Below are positions 20,081 through 30,681 of a stretch of 64,000 bases of DNA, in pieces. The notes below the pieces were generated by a model, which worked only from the letters and a program-made list of their open reading frames with translations, did not search any database and was not told the DNA's origin. The DNA is from Polyangiaceae bacterium (GTDB taxonomy: Bacteria > Myxococcota_A > Polyangia > Polyangiales > Polyangiaceae): positions 8,466 through 72,465 of the forward strand of contig JADJRH010000002.1 in the NCBI GenBank assembly GCA_016712345.1, read 5' to 3'. Each line of letters starts with the position of its first letter. Within the stretch, counting starts at the first letter, position 1. Position numbers and translations under genes: made by a program.

Positions 20081-21179
20081 ACCTTGTGCTGGATGGGTTG
20101 TTTTCGAATTTGCAACGCCGTATCCCACGTTTTGAAGGGATGACGCGATCGCGACAAATGTACACAAGGCCATCTCGATGGCGACGATTGAATGTGTACA
20201 CTTTTGAGCATTGCCGCTATCAACCCCACCGTGTCCTCCGCACAATCCGTAGACTATCTGTATCAAAATGGCAGTCAAGCACAATTTGCCCTGCGAGAGT
20301 GATGCACTCGGGGTGCGCATCCACAACGCCGACGTCTCAAAATGTCGTGCGTACACTCGACCCACTCCGACACCGAAAATAAATTCATCAGGCCGAGCCG
20401 CGGCCTACGCGCGGCTTGGCCCTTCGAGTGCGCACGAGGAGTATCGAAGGGAGTGAGTTCTCGACGCGCGGGAGCAAAATACAAGTTTGCTCACCCGAAG
20501 GCGCAAAATAAAGCGTTTCGTGAACCCGTGCGGCAAGAAAAAATACACCACCGGATCTGACATCCAGCGAAGCGCGATATTGCGTACACGCTCCGCGGCT
20601 GCGCACGCCAGCGTGTTTCCGTTGTGTCGCGACGCTGCAAAAACAAGCGAAGCGCGACAAGTGTACCCATAAAGACCTGGCCAATGCCATTTCGTACACG
20701 TGGGTACACATGAACCTCTCGGGGAGAAATGGACCGCTGACCGATGAAACAAAGCTGATAGTTGAACAACCGCGCCCCCCGAACAGAGGCACAGAAATCA
20801 GTCGAATCTCCACCTTCGAATCTACCCACTTCACCAACCAACTTGAACGCAAATTGAAGGTGAAGTGATGCAGCAGCTCCGACACAATTCTGGGTCGCTT
20901 CTTTTGTACAATATGACCGCGGATCTACCCATTCAATCGATCGACGTTACACCAGTTGAGAAGAGGTAGATGCGAGGGAAAGTCCAAAAAAGCGCCTTTA
21001 CCCAAGCGCAATCCGCGTCAGTCTCTTTGTAAAAACGAACCTACTCACTTTGCCACTCGACCAAGCCGCGGGTGAGGAACAGTAAGGTGCGCACCACCTT
21101 GGAAAAGCGCCTCGAACGGTCAACTACCCATACCGCTTTCTGAAAAAACTAAAACGACTCTACCCACAAAATTCTGTGT
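20081..21179 (-). repeat. ORF-less cassette payload, family N2
   Basis: Collinear with 4081..5183. Confidence 0.6.
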
Positions 21180-21283
21180 GCCCAACGTGGGGTTGTGCTG
21201 CAAGCCCCGAGAGCAAGCAGAGGGGCGCGTCAGCGACGCTCTGCGCAGCGTCGGGGCTTGTCAGAACCAACCCCTGGTTGGGC
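21180..21283 (-). other. attC site 16 (family G)
   Basis: GCCCAAC...GTTGGGC boxes. Family G arms. Confidence 0.7.
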
Positions 21284-22299
21284 ACCGTGCGCTGGGTAGA
21301 GTGTTCTCGAATTTGCAACGCCGCACGGCTTGTTTTGAAGGTGAAATGCGCGTCCGATAAATGTACACAAGGCCGTCCGAATGAGGATCGCCGAATGTGT
21401 ACACTGGTCAAGTTTCGCGCCATAAACCCACCAACCGCTGCGTACGCGTCGTAGACTACGCGTATCAAAATGACCGTCAAGTACAATCTGTGGCCGCGCG
21501 GGTGATGGCGCTTGGCGCGTGCAAGCATAACGCCAACCACACGAAATACCCGGCGTACATGCGACCGCCGACGAGTGGAAAAGAAAGCCGGAAGCCCGAG
21601 CCGCGGCCTACGCGCGAACGCGAAGTATCGAAAGCAAAGACGCCTCGCCGTGAGGAACCGAAATACAAGGTGGTTTATCCGAAGGTGCGAATCAAGCGCT
21701 TCGAAAAACCGCACGGCTTGCGGAAAAAACATCACCGCATCTGACACTCCGCGAAGCGCGATATGTACACGCACCGAAGTTACCCATGCCGACGTGTTGG
21801 CGACCGCACGCGGATGCCGACAAAAACAAGCGAAGCGCGACAAGTGTACCCATGTGAAGGCCGTCCGAATTATTGTGTACACGTGGGTACATTCTACCTT
21901 TTCGAAAAGAAGCGAAGCGCGTCTCGTGGGGCAACCGTTTCGACTCAACAATACCGCTGCTGGAGCGAAGCGACCAAACCCCGTGACGGACTGCGCCTCC
22001 ATTGAAATTGGACCCCTCCACTCAACAGTCAACCAGTCAACCAGTCAACCAGTCAACCAGTCAACCAGTCAACCAGTCAACCTTACCGCCCCACGCGATA
22101 TGTTATTTCCGAGGGTAGAAACATCTCTCTCGCAGACACGCTCATTGTCAAATTCAGAATCGCAACTGAAGGGTAAGATAGCAGGTAAAGCTTGATCAAA
22201 TGTGCCTTCAAAATAGACTCAACAACGCTTCCTCAAGCCAAGGCCTGACACTGCCTTTCTGGGAAAAAAGATGAGCGCCTCTACCCAGAAATTCTGTGT
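21284..22299 (-). repeat. ORF-less cassette payload, family N3 (with GTCAACCA array)
   Basis: Shares the N core and the 3' boundary. Contains an internal tandem octamer array. Confidence 0.6.
22027..22082. repeat. Tandem octamer array (GTCAACCA)x7
   Basis: Perfect head-to-tail repeats inside an N3 cassette. Confidence 0.85.
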
Positions 22300-22400
22300 G
22301 CCCAACGTGGCAATCAGCTGCAAGCATTCTGAGCGAGCAGGGCAGACGGAGGATGCCCTGCGCTGCGAGAGTGCTTGTCAGATGCATTGCCGAGTTGGAC
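22300..22400 (-). other. attC site 17 (singleton family E)
   Basis: GCCCAAC...GTTGGAC boxes. Arms GGCAATCAGCTGCAAGCATTCTGA / TCAGATGCATTGCC. Confidence 0.6.
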
Positions 22401-22428
22401 GGCTCTTCCGTGTGACAAATCCGCACTT

Positions 22429-22911
22429 TTATTGACCCCCCGGCTGGGTTGCTTGCTGCGACCCAATCGGCGATGCCGGCGACGACACCATGTGCGGCTG
22501 TCGCAGCTCGGTGCAATACTGGAACGCTGGAGGAGGCAGGCGCACCGCTGAAGAAGCGGATCTCGCTGGCAGTGGGGCCGGCGGTGCCCGCGGGTCCACC
22601 TCGCAGAAGCGTGTACACTGGGCGCCACTCCAGTCAAAACCAAACGGGGTGGGTGGTCTTGGGCCAATAATCGGCGGATGATTGTAAGAGACATCGGGCG
22701 AACCGCCTGCGCATGCGTACAATGCTCCTCGCCCACATCCTGTGACCCGATGCATGCCGTAACCAACGTCCTCGATGGTAAGCTGGTCCTTTGGGCACGC
22801 CAGATTAGCAGAGGCAATATTTGCTGGTGAACTGCCGCATGCAACAAGCAGATCGAGAAAGGCACACAGGCCGACAAGTGGAACGATAGGCGTGTTCAAT
22901 TGCTGCAACAT
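22429..22911 (-). CDS. Putative lipoprotein
   Basis: Starts MLQQLNTPIVPLVGLCAFLDLLVACGSS, which looks like a lipobox signal peptide. About 160 aa. Product unknown. Confidence 0.4.
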   Translation of the reverse strand: MLQQLNTPIVPLVGLCAFLDLLVACGSSPANIASANLACPKDQLTIEDVGYGMHRVTGCGRGALYACAGGSPDVSYNHPPIIGPRPPTPFGFDWSGAQCTRFCEVDPRAPPAPLPARSASSAVRLPPPAFQYCTELRQPHMVSSPASPIGSQQATQPGGQ

Positions 22912-22924
22912 GCGGTCCTGCTTG

Positions 22925-23554
22925 CTAGAAGCGAAAGCCGAGCGTGCCTGATGACGTTCTCGCGAATGTGTATTTCGTGGAGCACGTGTTGGCGACAATG
23001 ACGCCGACTACTACCATTGCTAGATTGGTTCCGATCGCGATGCCGCCGACCAGTGTTGTGGCGTCTGATTGGCCTGCCAAGAGCAGTGCACCTCCAGAAA
23101 GCGCTCCCGCTCCAGAGAATGCTGCCATGAGCAGTCCGCCGATTCGCTGCGCGCGATAACCGGCGTCGACGTGAATAGAGACGTTGGGTGGGCGATCCAT
23201 CAGAGTAAAGGTCTTGGAACGATTCACCCCAATGCCACCAAAGAAGAACTGCCCACCGGTGCGACCATCGATGAGTCGATCGCACGGCGCGACGCAAATC
23301 GGGTCGTCGCCACCCTTGCGGAACAGCGCTACGGCCGGTTCCACCGTGTCGATGTGGAGAAGTGCGATCCCCTGCCCGGCAGGCACGGCAAGTCCGGGGA
23401 TCGATCCAGGAGGCAGAGTGTACGGGTACGCTGGGGGAGCTGGCGGAGAGACTTCGGCTCCAGCGGGAGGTGCGACAGGCGCTTGTGCATAGGCAATCGA
23501 TGGGATGCTCACCAGTACCGCCACGCTGCTCTGGATGAAACGAAAGATCTGCAT
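22925..23554 (-). CDS. Secreted hypothetical protein (signal peptide)
   Basis: Starts MQIFRFIQSSVAVLVSIPSIAYA|QAP. About 209 aa. Has a hydrophobic C-terminal region. Confidence 0.45.
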   Translation of the reverse strand: MQIFRFIQSSVAVLVSIPSIAYAQAPVAPPAGAEVSPPAPPAYPYTLPPGSIPGLAVPAGQGIALLHIDTVEPAVALFRKGGDDPICVAPCDRLIDGRTGGQFFFGGIGVNRSKTFTLMDRPPNVSIHVDAGYRAQRIGGLLMAAFSGAGALSGGALLLAGQSDATTLVGGIAIGTNLAMVVVGVIVANTCSTKYTFARTSSGTLGFRF

Positions 23555-23588
23555 CGAATGTTCCTCATGTGTGGGGCACGCTTGCCCG

Positions 23589-23688
23589 TCCAACGTGGCA
23601 ATCTGCTGCAAGCCCCGGAAGCAAGCAGAGCGGCCGAAGGACGCTCTGCGCAGCGTCGGGGTTTGTCAGCAGCATTGGCGAGTTAGAG
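23589..23688 (-). other. attC site 18 (family A variant)
   Basis: GTCCAAC...GTTAGAG boxes. Arms GGCAATCTGCTGCAAGCCCC / GGGGTTTGTCAGCAGCATTGGC. Confidence 0.65.
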
Positions 23689-23750
23689 CGCTTTCTGGTT
23701 CCGTGGACCGTGAAGTTCTGACCGGTTCTGACCATCCGATTCATGGCGCC

Positions 23751-24176
23751 TCACTCTTTGACAGCCCCGAGCGCCCGGAGGGCGGTTTCCACTTCGCGAG
23801 CCACCCGGATGACCGCCTCGACCAAAGCCGCATCAATATCGAAAACACCATCGTATTCTGACTGGTTCCGCTTTCTATGGGCTTGGTCGAGAACTCGCCA
23901 CTTTTCGTTCGCGATACTGAGCGTGTGAGGTAGAACCTGGAATACGATGTATCTGTTGTCCGAGCGGTAGCCGCGCCAGCGTAAACCGCCAAGAGCGAGG
24001 GCGTGGGCTGCGTTGTATGCGAGGTCGAAGCGGCTCTCAAGGGAAAGACTGGTGTTCTCGGCGTCCTGGAGGCGACGCGCACCGGATCTCAACAGGCCAT
24101 CGATCTCCTCCTGGGCCGGATCTTCGCGCCGGAGTTGACCTGACCTCGCGAGATTTTCAAGTGCCGTGATGGTCAT
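23751..24176 (-). CDS. HEPN-domain toxin (HepT-like) of HEPN/MNT TA pair
   Basis: 141 aa with an R-x4-HxxxY type motif (AHRKRNQSEYDG). Overlaps the upstream nucleotidyltransferase gene by 20 nt. Confidence 0.7.
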   Translation of the reverse strand: MTITALENLARSGQLRREDPAQEEIDGLLRSGARRLQDAENTSLSLESRFDLAYNAAHALALGGLRWRGYRSDNRYIVFQVLPHTLSIANEKWRVLDQAHRKRNQSEYDGVFDIDAALVEAVIRVAREVETALRALGAVKE

Positions 24177-24813
24177 TCAACTCTCCCAAGAGAACGTGAT
24201 GCTTGCCGGTCAGTACTTTCGTTAGGAAAGGATTCCTGCTTTTTCTCCGCGCGTCGAACTCCACAGCGGTGTACAGAGTCGGATTAATGCGCCGCCCGAG
24301 GCGTTCTTCCACCGGGCCGAGTGTACGAAAAAGATCCTCCAGCATCAACACATTGGAGACGACGAGAAGGTCAACGTCGCTGTCGGCCTTGTCTGTTTCT
24401 TTGGCCACCGACCCGAAAAGGACCGCCACATCAATATCTTTGGCGAGCGGTGCCAATGCGCGGCGCAGCACCTCCGCGACGCCGCTGGTCTTCTCGATAA
24501 TCGAGCAGAGTTCGCCAAAGATTGGGGAGTGCTCGTTCGCCTTATAACTCTTGCGCCCATCACGGTTGAACGTCGACACGAGCCCGCCGCTAACCAGGCG
24601 AGCAACTTCCCGCTGGACCGCCCCTGTGCCTGAGCCCGCCAGAGTGATCAACTCAGAGAGAAAAAAAGCGCGCTCAGGTTGGCCGAAGAATAACCCCAAA
24701 ACTCGTTGTTGCGTCTTGGTAAACAGCTCCGAGCCCAAACCGCTTGTCCGCGCATCTTGCAAAGATGACGAAGCAGGAGCGGTCATACCCAATTTGGGTT
24801 TTCTTTTACCCAT
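24157..24813 (-). CDS. Minimal nucleotidyltransferase (MntA-like) antitoxin with N-terminal wHTH
   Basis: Nucleotidyltransferase motif VAVLFGSVAKETDKADSDVDLLVVS. ATG at 24813 (the track starts at an alternative codon at 24849). Confidence 0.7.
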   Translation of the reverse strand: MGKRKPKLGMTAPASSSLQDARTSGLGSELFTKTQQRVLGLFFGQPERAFFLSELITLAGSGTGAVQREVARLVSGGLVSTFNRDGRKSYKANEHSPIFGELCSIIEKTSGVAEVLRRALAPLAKDIDVAVLFGSVAKETDKADSDVDLLVVSNVLMLEDLFRTLGPVEERLGRRINPTLYTAVEFDARRKSRNPFLTKVLTGKHHVLLGELNDHHGT

Positions 24814-24960
24814 TTTGGGTATATTACTGTTCAACGCTAACGGGCGCAAGTGATAGTTCCGCTCGCCTTGCGGGAGTCATCCACGATGCCGCATTCAATT
24901 CAGCCTTGGTAGTCAGATCGTTGAGCAAGGTGGTTGAATACATTGCCTCCTCTTCTGCCG

Positions 24961-25062
24961 CTCTAACGTGGCAATCTGCTGCAAGCCCCAAAAGCAAGCA
25001 GAGCGGCCGAAGGACGCTCTGCGCAGCGCTGGGGATTGCCAGCAGCATTGCCGAGTTAGCGG
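24961..25062 (-). other. attC site 19 (family A)
   Basis: CTCTAAC...GTTAGCG boxes. Family A arms. Confidence 0.7.
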
Positions 25063-25105
25063 GCCTCTTTCGTAATTTCGTACCTGATACTGCCATGTGG
25101 AATAC

Positions 25106-25561
25106 TCAGGCGATCTTTTTGAAAGTAACGAAAAGATTCATGTTGAAAGCCTCTGCCACCTTCATGATTGTTTCGATCGTTGGATTCGCATCGGGATCTT
25201 CGAGTTTCGCAATTTGTTGTTGGGATACGCCAACGCGCTTCGCCAACTCGGTCTGACTCCACCCGCTCTCGTGTCGCATTGATCGGAGTTGCAATGCGAG
25301 CGCCAGTTTGGGTGAAATCGTGATGGGTACACTTCGCGCATCAGAAGTGGAACGTCGACGCACCCGTGGCAGTTCCAATCCCTCCACGAGATGGGCCTCC
25401 AACCAGCCTTCGATCGCTTCTTTAGCCATCGGATACACATCCTTCGCACTCTCTGCGAAGGTTTGACAACCCGGGGCGTCTGGAAACTCGATTAAGTAAT
25501 GCCGACCGTCTTTGCGAACGTGGGCAGTATACTGTAGCGTATCCGTGTGACGGTTGCTCAT
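25106..25561 (-). CDS. hicB: HicB-family antitoxin (RNase-H-like HicB N-domain + XRE HTH)
   Basis: MSNRHTDTLQYTAHVRKDGRHYLIEFPDAPGCQTF...GWSQTELAKRVGVSQQQIAKLE. Start derived from track ORF 25106..25882; overlaps the hicA stop codon. Confidence 0.75.
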   Translation of the reverse strand: MSNRHTDTLQYTAHVRKDGRHYLIEFPDAPGCQTFAESAKDVYPMAKEAIEGWLEAHLVEGLELPRVRRRSTSDARSVPITISPKLALALQLRSMRHESGWSQTELAKRVGVSQQQIAKLEDPDANPTIETIMKVAEAFNMNLFVTFKKIA

Positions 25562-25761
25562 GTGAGGGCTACTCCAGCCTGACGCTCGATGCTTTTTAGT
25601 GTTCCGAGCGGTAGGTCTTTCCGTGGGTGAGGCACGGTGACAATTCCTGGCTTCGTCGGATGTTTGAAGTGGTGATGCGAGCCTCGGGCACGCACCAGCG
25701 TCCACCCGTCCAGTCGAAGAACGCGTATCACCTGTGTCGAGGTCACCGGGCGATGATACAA
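25558..25761 (-). CDS. hicA: HicA-family toxin
   Basis: TSTQVIRVLRLDGWTLVRARGSHHHFKHPTKPGIVTVPHPRKDLPLGTLKSIERQAG matches HicA. Non-ATG start. Confidence 0.8.
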   Translation of the reverse strand: MYHRPVTSTQVIRVLRLDGWTLVRARGSHHHFKHPTKPGIVTVPHPRKDLPLGTLKSIERQAGVALT

Positions 25762-26424
25762 CCTTCGGGTTGTGGGTCAAGGAGTTTCGTGGTCGTATCC
25801 CGGCCGTGCCGACAAATTTATTTTCGCGTGTCGAGCTTGTCGAGATCTGTGACGTTATCACGCTAATCGACTGAGTGTACACACGGTGTCGATAAACTTG
25901 ATGTTGAAGATCTTGTTCGTTACAGCCGTCTTCCGACTCGACCGTGAATGTTCAAGGTTGGCTCGGCATAATTTGATAATTGAGGTAGGTCACGAAATCG
26001 ATCTGACCGTCAAACGAAGTTGTCCAAAAAGATCGCGCCCGGTTACAGAAATTAAAAAGACGAATCGAAACGCTAAGCCATGTCGTTGAGCACGTGCCGA
26101 CAAGAAAGTCGATGAGGGTGCCGCGAGCCGAGGAGCAGCGCATCGTAGGGAGCGTCCAACCCATGCGCTGGTCGATGGCGCAGGGCAGGGCGTCGAGCCC
26201 GAGCGAGGTGGTGAAGGGGCAGGTGAAGGGGCAGACCAAAGCGGACGAAGCCAAGGGAGCGGCTGCGCTCCACGGCCGTCCCGCCGCCTCTGACGCACGG
26301 GTGAAAAGAGCAAAGAGGAATCGCTGTTTTTCTGGGTGAAATTGGGAGGCATCGGGGGGGGAGCACGAAACCGACGGTCGAATGGACGCAACTCGAAGAG
26401 GGCCAAAACCGATAGATCTTCAGG

Positions 26425-26520
26425 GGTGTCCGCAAGGGCCGGCCGGGGAGTCGCCCAGAAAGAGGACTCGAAGAGAGCAGGGCGGAGAGGGCGACTCCCC
26501 GGCCGGCCCTTGCGGACACC
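26425..26520. repeat. Perfect 32-bp inverted repeat upstream of GxxExxY copy 2
   Basis: Same sequence as 858..953. Confidence 0.8.
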
Positions 26521-26623
26521 CTGCGAGCCAATCGAGCGCGCCGCGTCGAAAAGTTGCGCCCAATGGGTAGGAATGGTCCTCCCCCGAAGCCCTGAAACCA
26601 CCCGAGAACAAGAGCGTCTCCCC

Positions 26624-26998
26624 ATGCTGTTATACAAGGAGTTGAGTCAAGAGGTGGTGGGAGCGGCGTTGGAAGTGCACCGTCACCTGGGGCCAGGTTT
26701 GCTGGAGTCGGCCTATGACCATGCGCTATGTCATGAGCTTGGGCTTCGACGGCTGCACTACCGTCGACAAGTGGAAGTGCCAGTCCACTACAAGGGCGTG
26801 GTACTCGGCTCGTGGCTGCGCATGGACCTTTTGGTCGAAGAGCGAATCGTCGTGGAAGTCAAAGCGGTCGAACAGTCTCTACCCATCCACGGTGCTCAAC
26901 TGCTGACTTACCTTCGACTCAGTGGTTATCGCGTCGGTCTGCTGATAAACTTCAACTCGTTACATCTGAAAAGTGGCATCGTGCGTCGGGTGATCTGA
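26624..26998 (+). CDS. GxxExxY protein, copy 2
   Basis: Identical to copy 1. Same upstream 32-bp palindrome. Confidence 0.8.
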   Translation: MLLYKELSQEVVGAALEVHRHLGPGLLESAYDHALCHELGLRRLHYRRQVEVPVHYKGVVLGSWLRMDLLVEERIVVEVKAVEQSLPIHGAQLLTYLRLSGYRVGLLINFNSLHLKSGIVRRVI

Positions 26999-27038
26999 AC
27001 GATCTGACTGTCAAGTTGCCTTACTCACATAGGGTATG

Positions 27039-27141
27039 TCCAACGTGGGGTTGTGCTGCAAGCCCCGAAAGCAAGCAGAGGGGCGCGTCAGCGACGCTCT
27101 GCGCAGCGTCGGGGTTTGTCAGAACCAACCCCTGGTTGGGC
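27039..27141 (-). other. attC site 20 (family G)
   Basis: GTCCAAC...GTTGGGC boxes. Family G arms. Confidence 0.7.
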
Positions 27142-28159
27142 ACCGCACGCTGGGTAGCTTTCTCTCGCATTTGCACCACCGCGCGGCTTGTTTTGAAGGG
27201 GGAATGCGCGTTCGATAAATGTACACAAGGCCGTCCGAATGAGGATCGCCGAATGTGTACACTGGTCAAGTTTCGCGCCATAAACCCACCAACCGCTGCG
27301 TACGCGCCGTAGACTACGCGTATCAACATGACCGTCAAGTACAATCTGTAGCCGCGAGGGTGATGCGCTCGGGGGGATAACGCTACGCTCACGAAAACGC
27401 TGGCGTACATGCAACCGCCGACGAGTCGAAAAGAAAGTCGGAAGGCCGAGCCGCGGCCTACGGGCGAACGCGAAGTATCGAAAGCAAAGACGCCTCGCCG
27501 TGAGGAACCGAAATACAAGGTGGTTTATCCGAAGGTGCGAATCAAGCGCTTCGAAAAACCGCACAGCTTGCGGAAAAAACATCACCGCACCTGACACTCA
27601 GCGAAGCGCGATATGTGTACACGCACCGAAGTTACCCATGCCGACGTGTTGGCGACCGCACGCCGATGCCGACAAAAACAAGCGAAGCGCGACAAGTGTA
27701 CCCATGTGAAGGCCGTCCGAATTATTGTGTACACGTGGGTACATTCTACCTTTTCGAAAAGAAGCGAAGCGCGACTCGTGGGGCAACCGTTTCGACTCAA
27801 CAATACCGCCGCTGGAGCGAAGCGACCAAACCCCGTGACGGACTGCGCCTCGATTGGAATTGGACCCCTCCACTCAACAGTCAACCAGTCAACCAGTCAA
27901 CCAGTCAACCAGTCAACCAGTCAACCAGTCAACCAGTCAACCTTACCGCCCCACGCGATATGTTATTTCCGAGGGTAGAAACATCTCTCTCGCAGACACG
28001 CTCATTGTCAAATTCAGAATCGCAACTGAAGGGTAAGATAGCAGGTAAAGCTTGATCAAATGTGCCTTCAAAATAGACTCAACAACGCTTCCTCAAGCCA
28101 AGGCCTGACACTGCCTTTCTGGGAAAAAAGATGAGCGCCTCTACCCAGAAATTCTGTGT
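27142..28159 (-). repeat. ORF-less cassette payload, family N3
   Basis: Collinear with 21284..22299. Confidence 0.6.
27890..27943. repeat. Tandem octamer array (GTCAACCA)x6-7
   Basis: Same array in an N3 cassette. Confidence 0.8.
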
Positions 28160-28263
28160 GCCCAACGTGGGGTTGTGCTGCAAGCCCCGAGAGCAAGCAG
28201 AGGGGCGCGTCAGCGACGCTCTGCGCAGCGTCGGGGTTTGTCAGAACCAACCCCTGGTTGGGC
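28160..28263 (-). other. attC site 21 (family G)
   Basis: GCCCAAC...GTTGGGC boxes. Family G arms. Confidence 0.7.
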
Positions 28264-29280
28264 ACCGTACGCTGGGTAGACTTCTCTCGCATTTGCACCA
28301 CCGCACGGCTTGTTTTGAAGGGGAAATGCGCGTCCGACAAATGTACACAAGGGCGTCCAAATGAGGATCGCCGAATGTGTACACTGGTCAAGTTTCGCGC
28401 CATAAACCCACCAACCGCTGCGTACGCGCCGTAGACTACGCGTATCAAAATGACCGTCAAGTACAATCTGTGGCCGCGCGGGTGATGGCGCTTGGCGCGT
28501 GCAAGCATAACGCCAACCTCACGAAATACCCGGCGTACATGCGACCGCCGACGAGTGGAAAGAAAGCCGGAAGGCCGAGCCGCGGCCTACGCGCGAACGC
28601 GAAGTATCGAAAGCAAAGACGCCTCGCCGTGAGGAACCGAAATACAAGGTGGTTTATCCGAAGGTGCGAATCAAGCGCTTCGAAAAACCGCACAGCTTGC
28701 GGAAAAAACATCACCGCACCTGACACTCAGCGAAGCGCGATATGTGTACACGCACCGAAGCTACCCATGCCGACGTGTTGGCGACTGCACGCCGATGCCG
28801 ACAAAAACAAGCGAAGCGCGACAAGTGTACCCATGTGAAGGCTACGCAAATTATTGTGTACACGTGGGTACATTCTACCTTTTCGAAAAGAAGCGAAGCG
28901 CGACTCGTGGGGCAACCGTCTCGACTCAACAATACCGCTGCCGGAGCGAAGCGACCAAACCCGGTGACGGACTGCGCCTCCATTGAAATTAGGCCCTCCA
29001 CTCGACCAGTCAACCAGTCAACCGGTCAACCAGTCAACCAGTCAACCAGTCAACCAGTCAACCTTACCGCCCCACGCGAGATGTTATTTCCGAGGGTAGA
29101 AACATCTCTCTCGCAGACACGCTCATTGTCAAATTCAGAATCGCAACTGAAGGGTAAGATAGCAGGTAAAGCTTGATCAAATGTGCCTTCAAAATAGACT
29201 CAACAACGCTTCCTCAAGCCAAGGCCTGACACTGCCTTTCTGGGAAAAAAGATGAGCGCCTCTACCCAGAAATTCTGTGT
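28264..29280 (-). repeat. ORF-less cassette payload, family N3
   Basis: Collinear with 21284..22299. Confidence 0.6.
29008..29064. repeat. Tandem octamer array (GTCAACCA/GTCAACCG)x7
   Basis: Same array; one unit has a substitution. Confidence 0.8.
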
Positions 29281-29376
29281 GCCCAACGCTCGCTTCAGCT
29301 GCGGCGAGCCGAGGGGCGCCCGGAGGGCGCCACGAGGCCGCCGCCAGCTGCAAGCGGGTGTTCGGCAGCACTACCC
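29281..29376 (-). other. attC site 22 (singleton family F, GC-rich)
   Basis: GCCCAAC box at the 5' end, degenerate GTTCGGC box at the 3' end. Arms GCTCGCTTCAGCTGCGGCG / CGCCGCCAGCTGCAAGCGGG. Confidence 0.5.
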
Positions 29377-29409
29377 GCCGATAGACGTCTGACGCGATGA
29401 ACACACGGC

Positions 29410-30051
29410 TCATTGCGCGGCGCACGCTTTCTGAAAGAAGTTCCATGCTTCCGCCGCGGAGGGGATGATGAACTTTCGGAATCGGCGGTTCTCGACCAAG
29501 TAGAACTCCGATTCGATTAGGCCGGTAGTATCGAGCCAGCGCTTGTACTCGCGCATGAGCGTTTCGCGGTCCAAGGTGGAGGGCCCGAGGGCTGGTTTCC
29601 CGAAAATGTCGTGAGCAATTCCTCGGACATGGTTGTGAACGTAGAGCACTCTCGTTCTTTCCCCCTCCTTGAGTCGCACTGCGAGCTGCCGAGCCGCGCC
29701 TTCAGGAATGGCAACGTGCGTCGCCGTGCCCTTTGAAGCGAAAACAGACATGAATGGTGTGACTTCGCGAGGTGCCGACAGTGCGACCACCAAATACTCC
29801 TCATCGGCATGCTTGACGAGTCGGCGGAAAGCCTTGAGAATATCGAGGTTCTGGCAATTGTCGGCTCGAGACAATTGCGCCTGGCCCCCGGTCTGAAGAG
29901 CGTACTGGAAATGCTCGTCGAGCTTCTGCTGAAGGACAGGGTCGCAGTTCTTGATCCGAAATGGAGGCTCGAACCGCTCAACGAGGTCGTTCCACGCGAA
30001 GTCTGTTATATCGCCGATAATAGCTTCGATGCCCGAGTTGCGTGAGTTCAT
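29410..30051 (-). CDS. Hypothetical protein (213 aa), downstream partner of GIY-YIG gene
   Basis: Clean ORF with ATG start lying 60 nt downstream of the GIY-YIG gene on the same strand in the same cassette. No family recognised. Confidence 0.5.
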   Translation of the reverse strand: MNSRNSGIEAIIGDITDFAWNDLVERFEPPFRIKNCDPVLQQKLDEHFQYALQTGGQAQLSRADNCQNLDILKAFRRLVKHADEEYLVVALSAPREVTPFMSVFASKGTATHVAIPEGAARQLAVRLKEGERTRVLYVHNHVRGIAHDIFGKPALGPSTLDRETLMREYKRWLDTTGLIESEFYLVENRRFRKFIIPSAAEAWNFFQKACAAQ

Positions 30052-30111
30052 GATGCTCCAAGTTGCTTACGTCGAAAAATGACTGGGTTAGAGGGTTGTG
30101 CCCTCTTGCGA

Positions 30112-30663
30112 TCACGTCGGCCGTCGAACATCTCTGTATCGACGCGTGCTCACTTCCGGCAGAAGCGGCGCGTACTTGCCTGTGTTGAAGATGCGCAGGT
30201 GCACACCATCCAACGGATCTGGGGCGGTGGCGAGGCTCTGCGAGTTATAGGCCGGCTGATGAGCGTAAATCAGCAGGATCTCTATGGCGGCTACCAAACG
30301 GACATCAATTCGCTGGTCGTATCGAGGTCGCTTGTCAGCCACCCATTGCTCCCAGGTCGAGAACACTCCAACCGTAGCAGCTCGTACGTGGACAACGTCG
30401 GATTCTCCCGCTGCCCACGACTTGGAATGCGACTCGAGGCGGTGCTGAATTTCTTCGCTGCGACCAATATACAGCAGTTGACTGGGGCCATACAACGAGT
30501 GGTGACCACAGAGTTGATACAGCACATGTTGCTCCGTCACGGAGAAGCTCTTCAGGTCGCCGAGGTTCCCGACGATCTCCCAATGGACGTCGTAGAGCCG
30601 TTCAAGGTCTGCCATGACCCACCTCCGGAAACTCTTGATCTTGAAGGCGCGGCTCACGATCAT
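30112..30663 (-). CDS. GIY-YIG nuclease-domain protein
   Basis: HVLYQLCGHHSLYGPSQLLYIGRSEEIQHRLESH resembles a GIY-x10-YIG...R...H/E motif. Start could be ATG 30663 or ATG 30615; the track start lies inside an attC. Confidence 0.5.
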   Translation of the reverse strand: MIVSRAFKIKSFRRWVMADLERLYDVHWEIVGNLGDLKSFSVTEQHVLYQLCGHHSLYGPSQLLYIGRSEEIQHRLESHSKSWAAGESDVVHVRAATVGVFSTWEQWVADKRPRYDQRIDVRLVAAIEILLIYAHQPAYNSQSLATAPDPLDGVHLRIFNTGKYAPLLPEVSTRRYRDVRRPT

Positions 30664-30681
30664 CTGTGAGTGGCCATGCCT

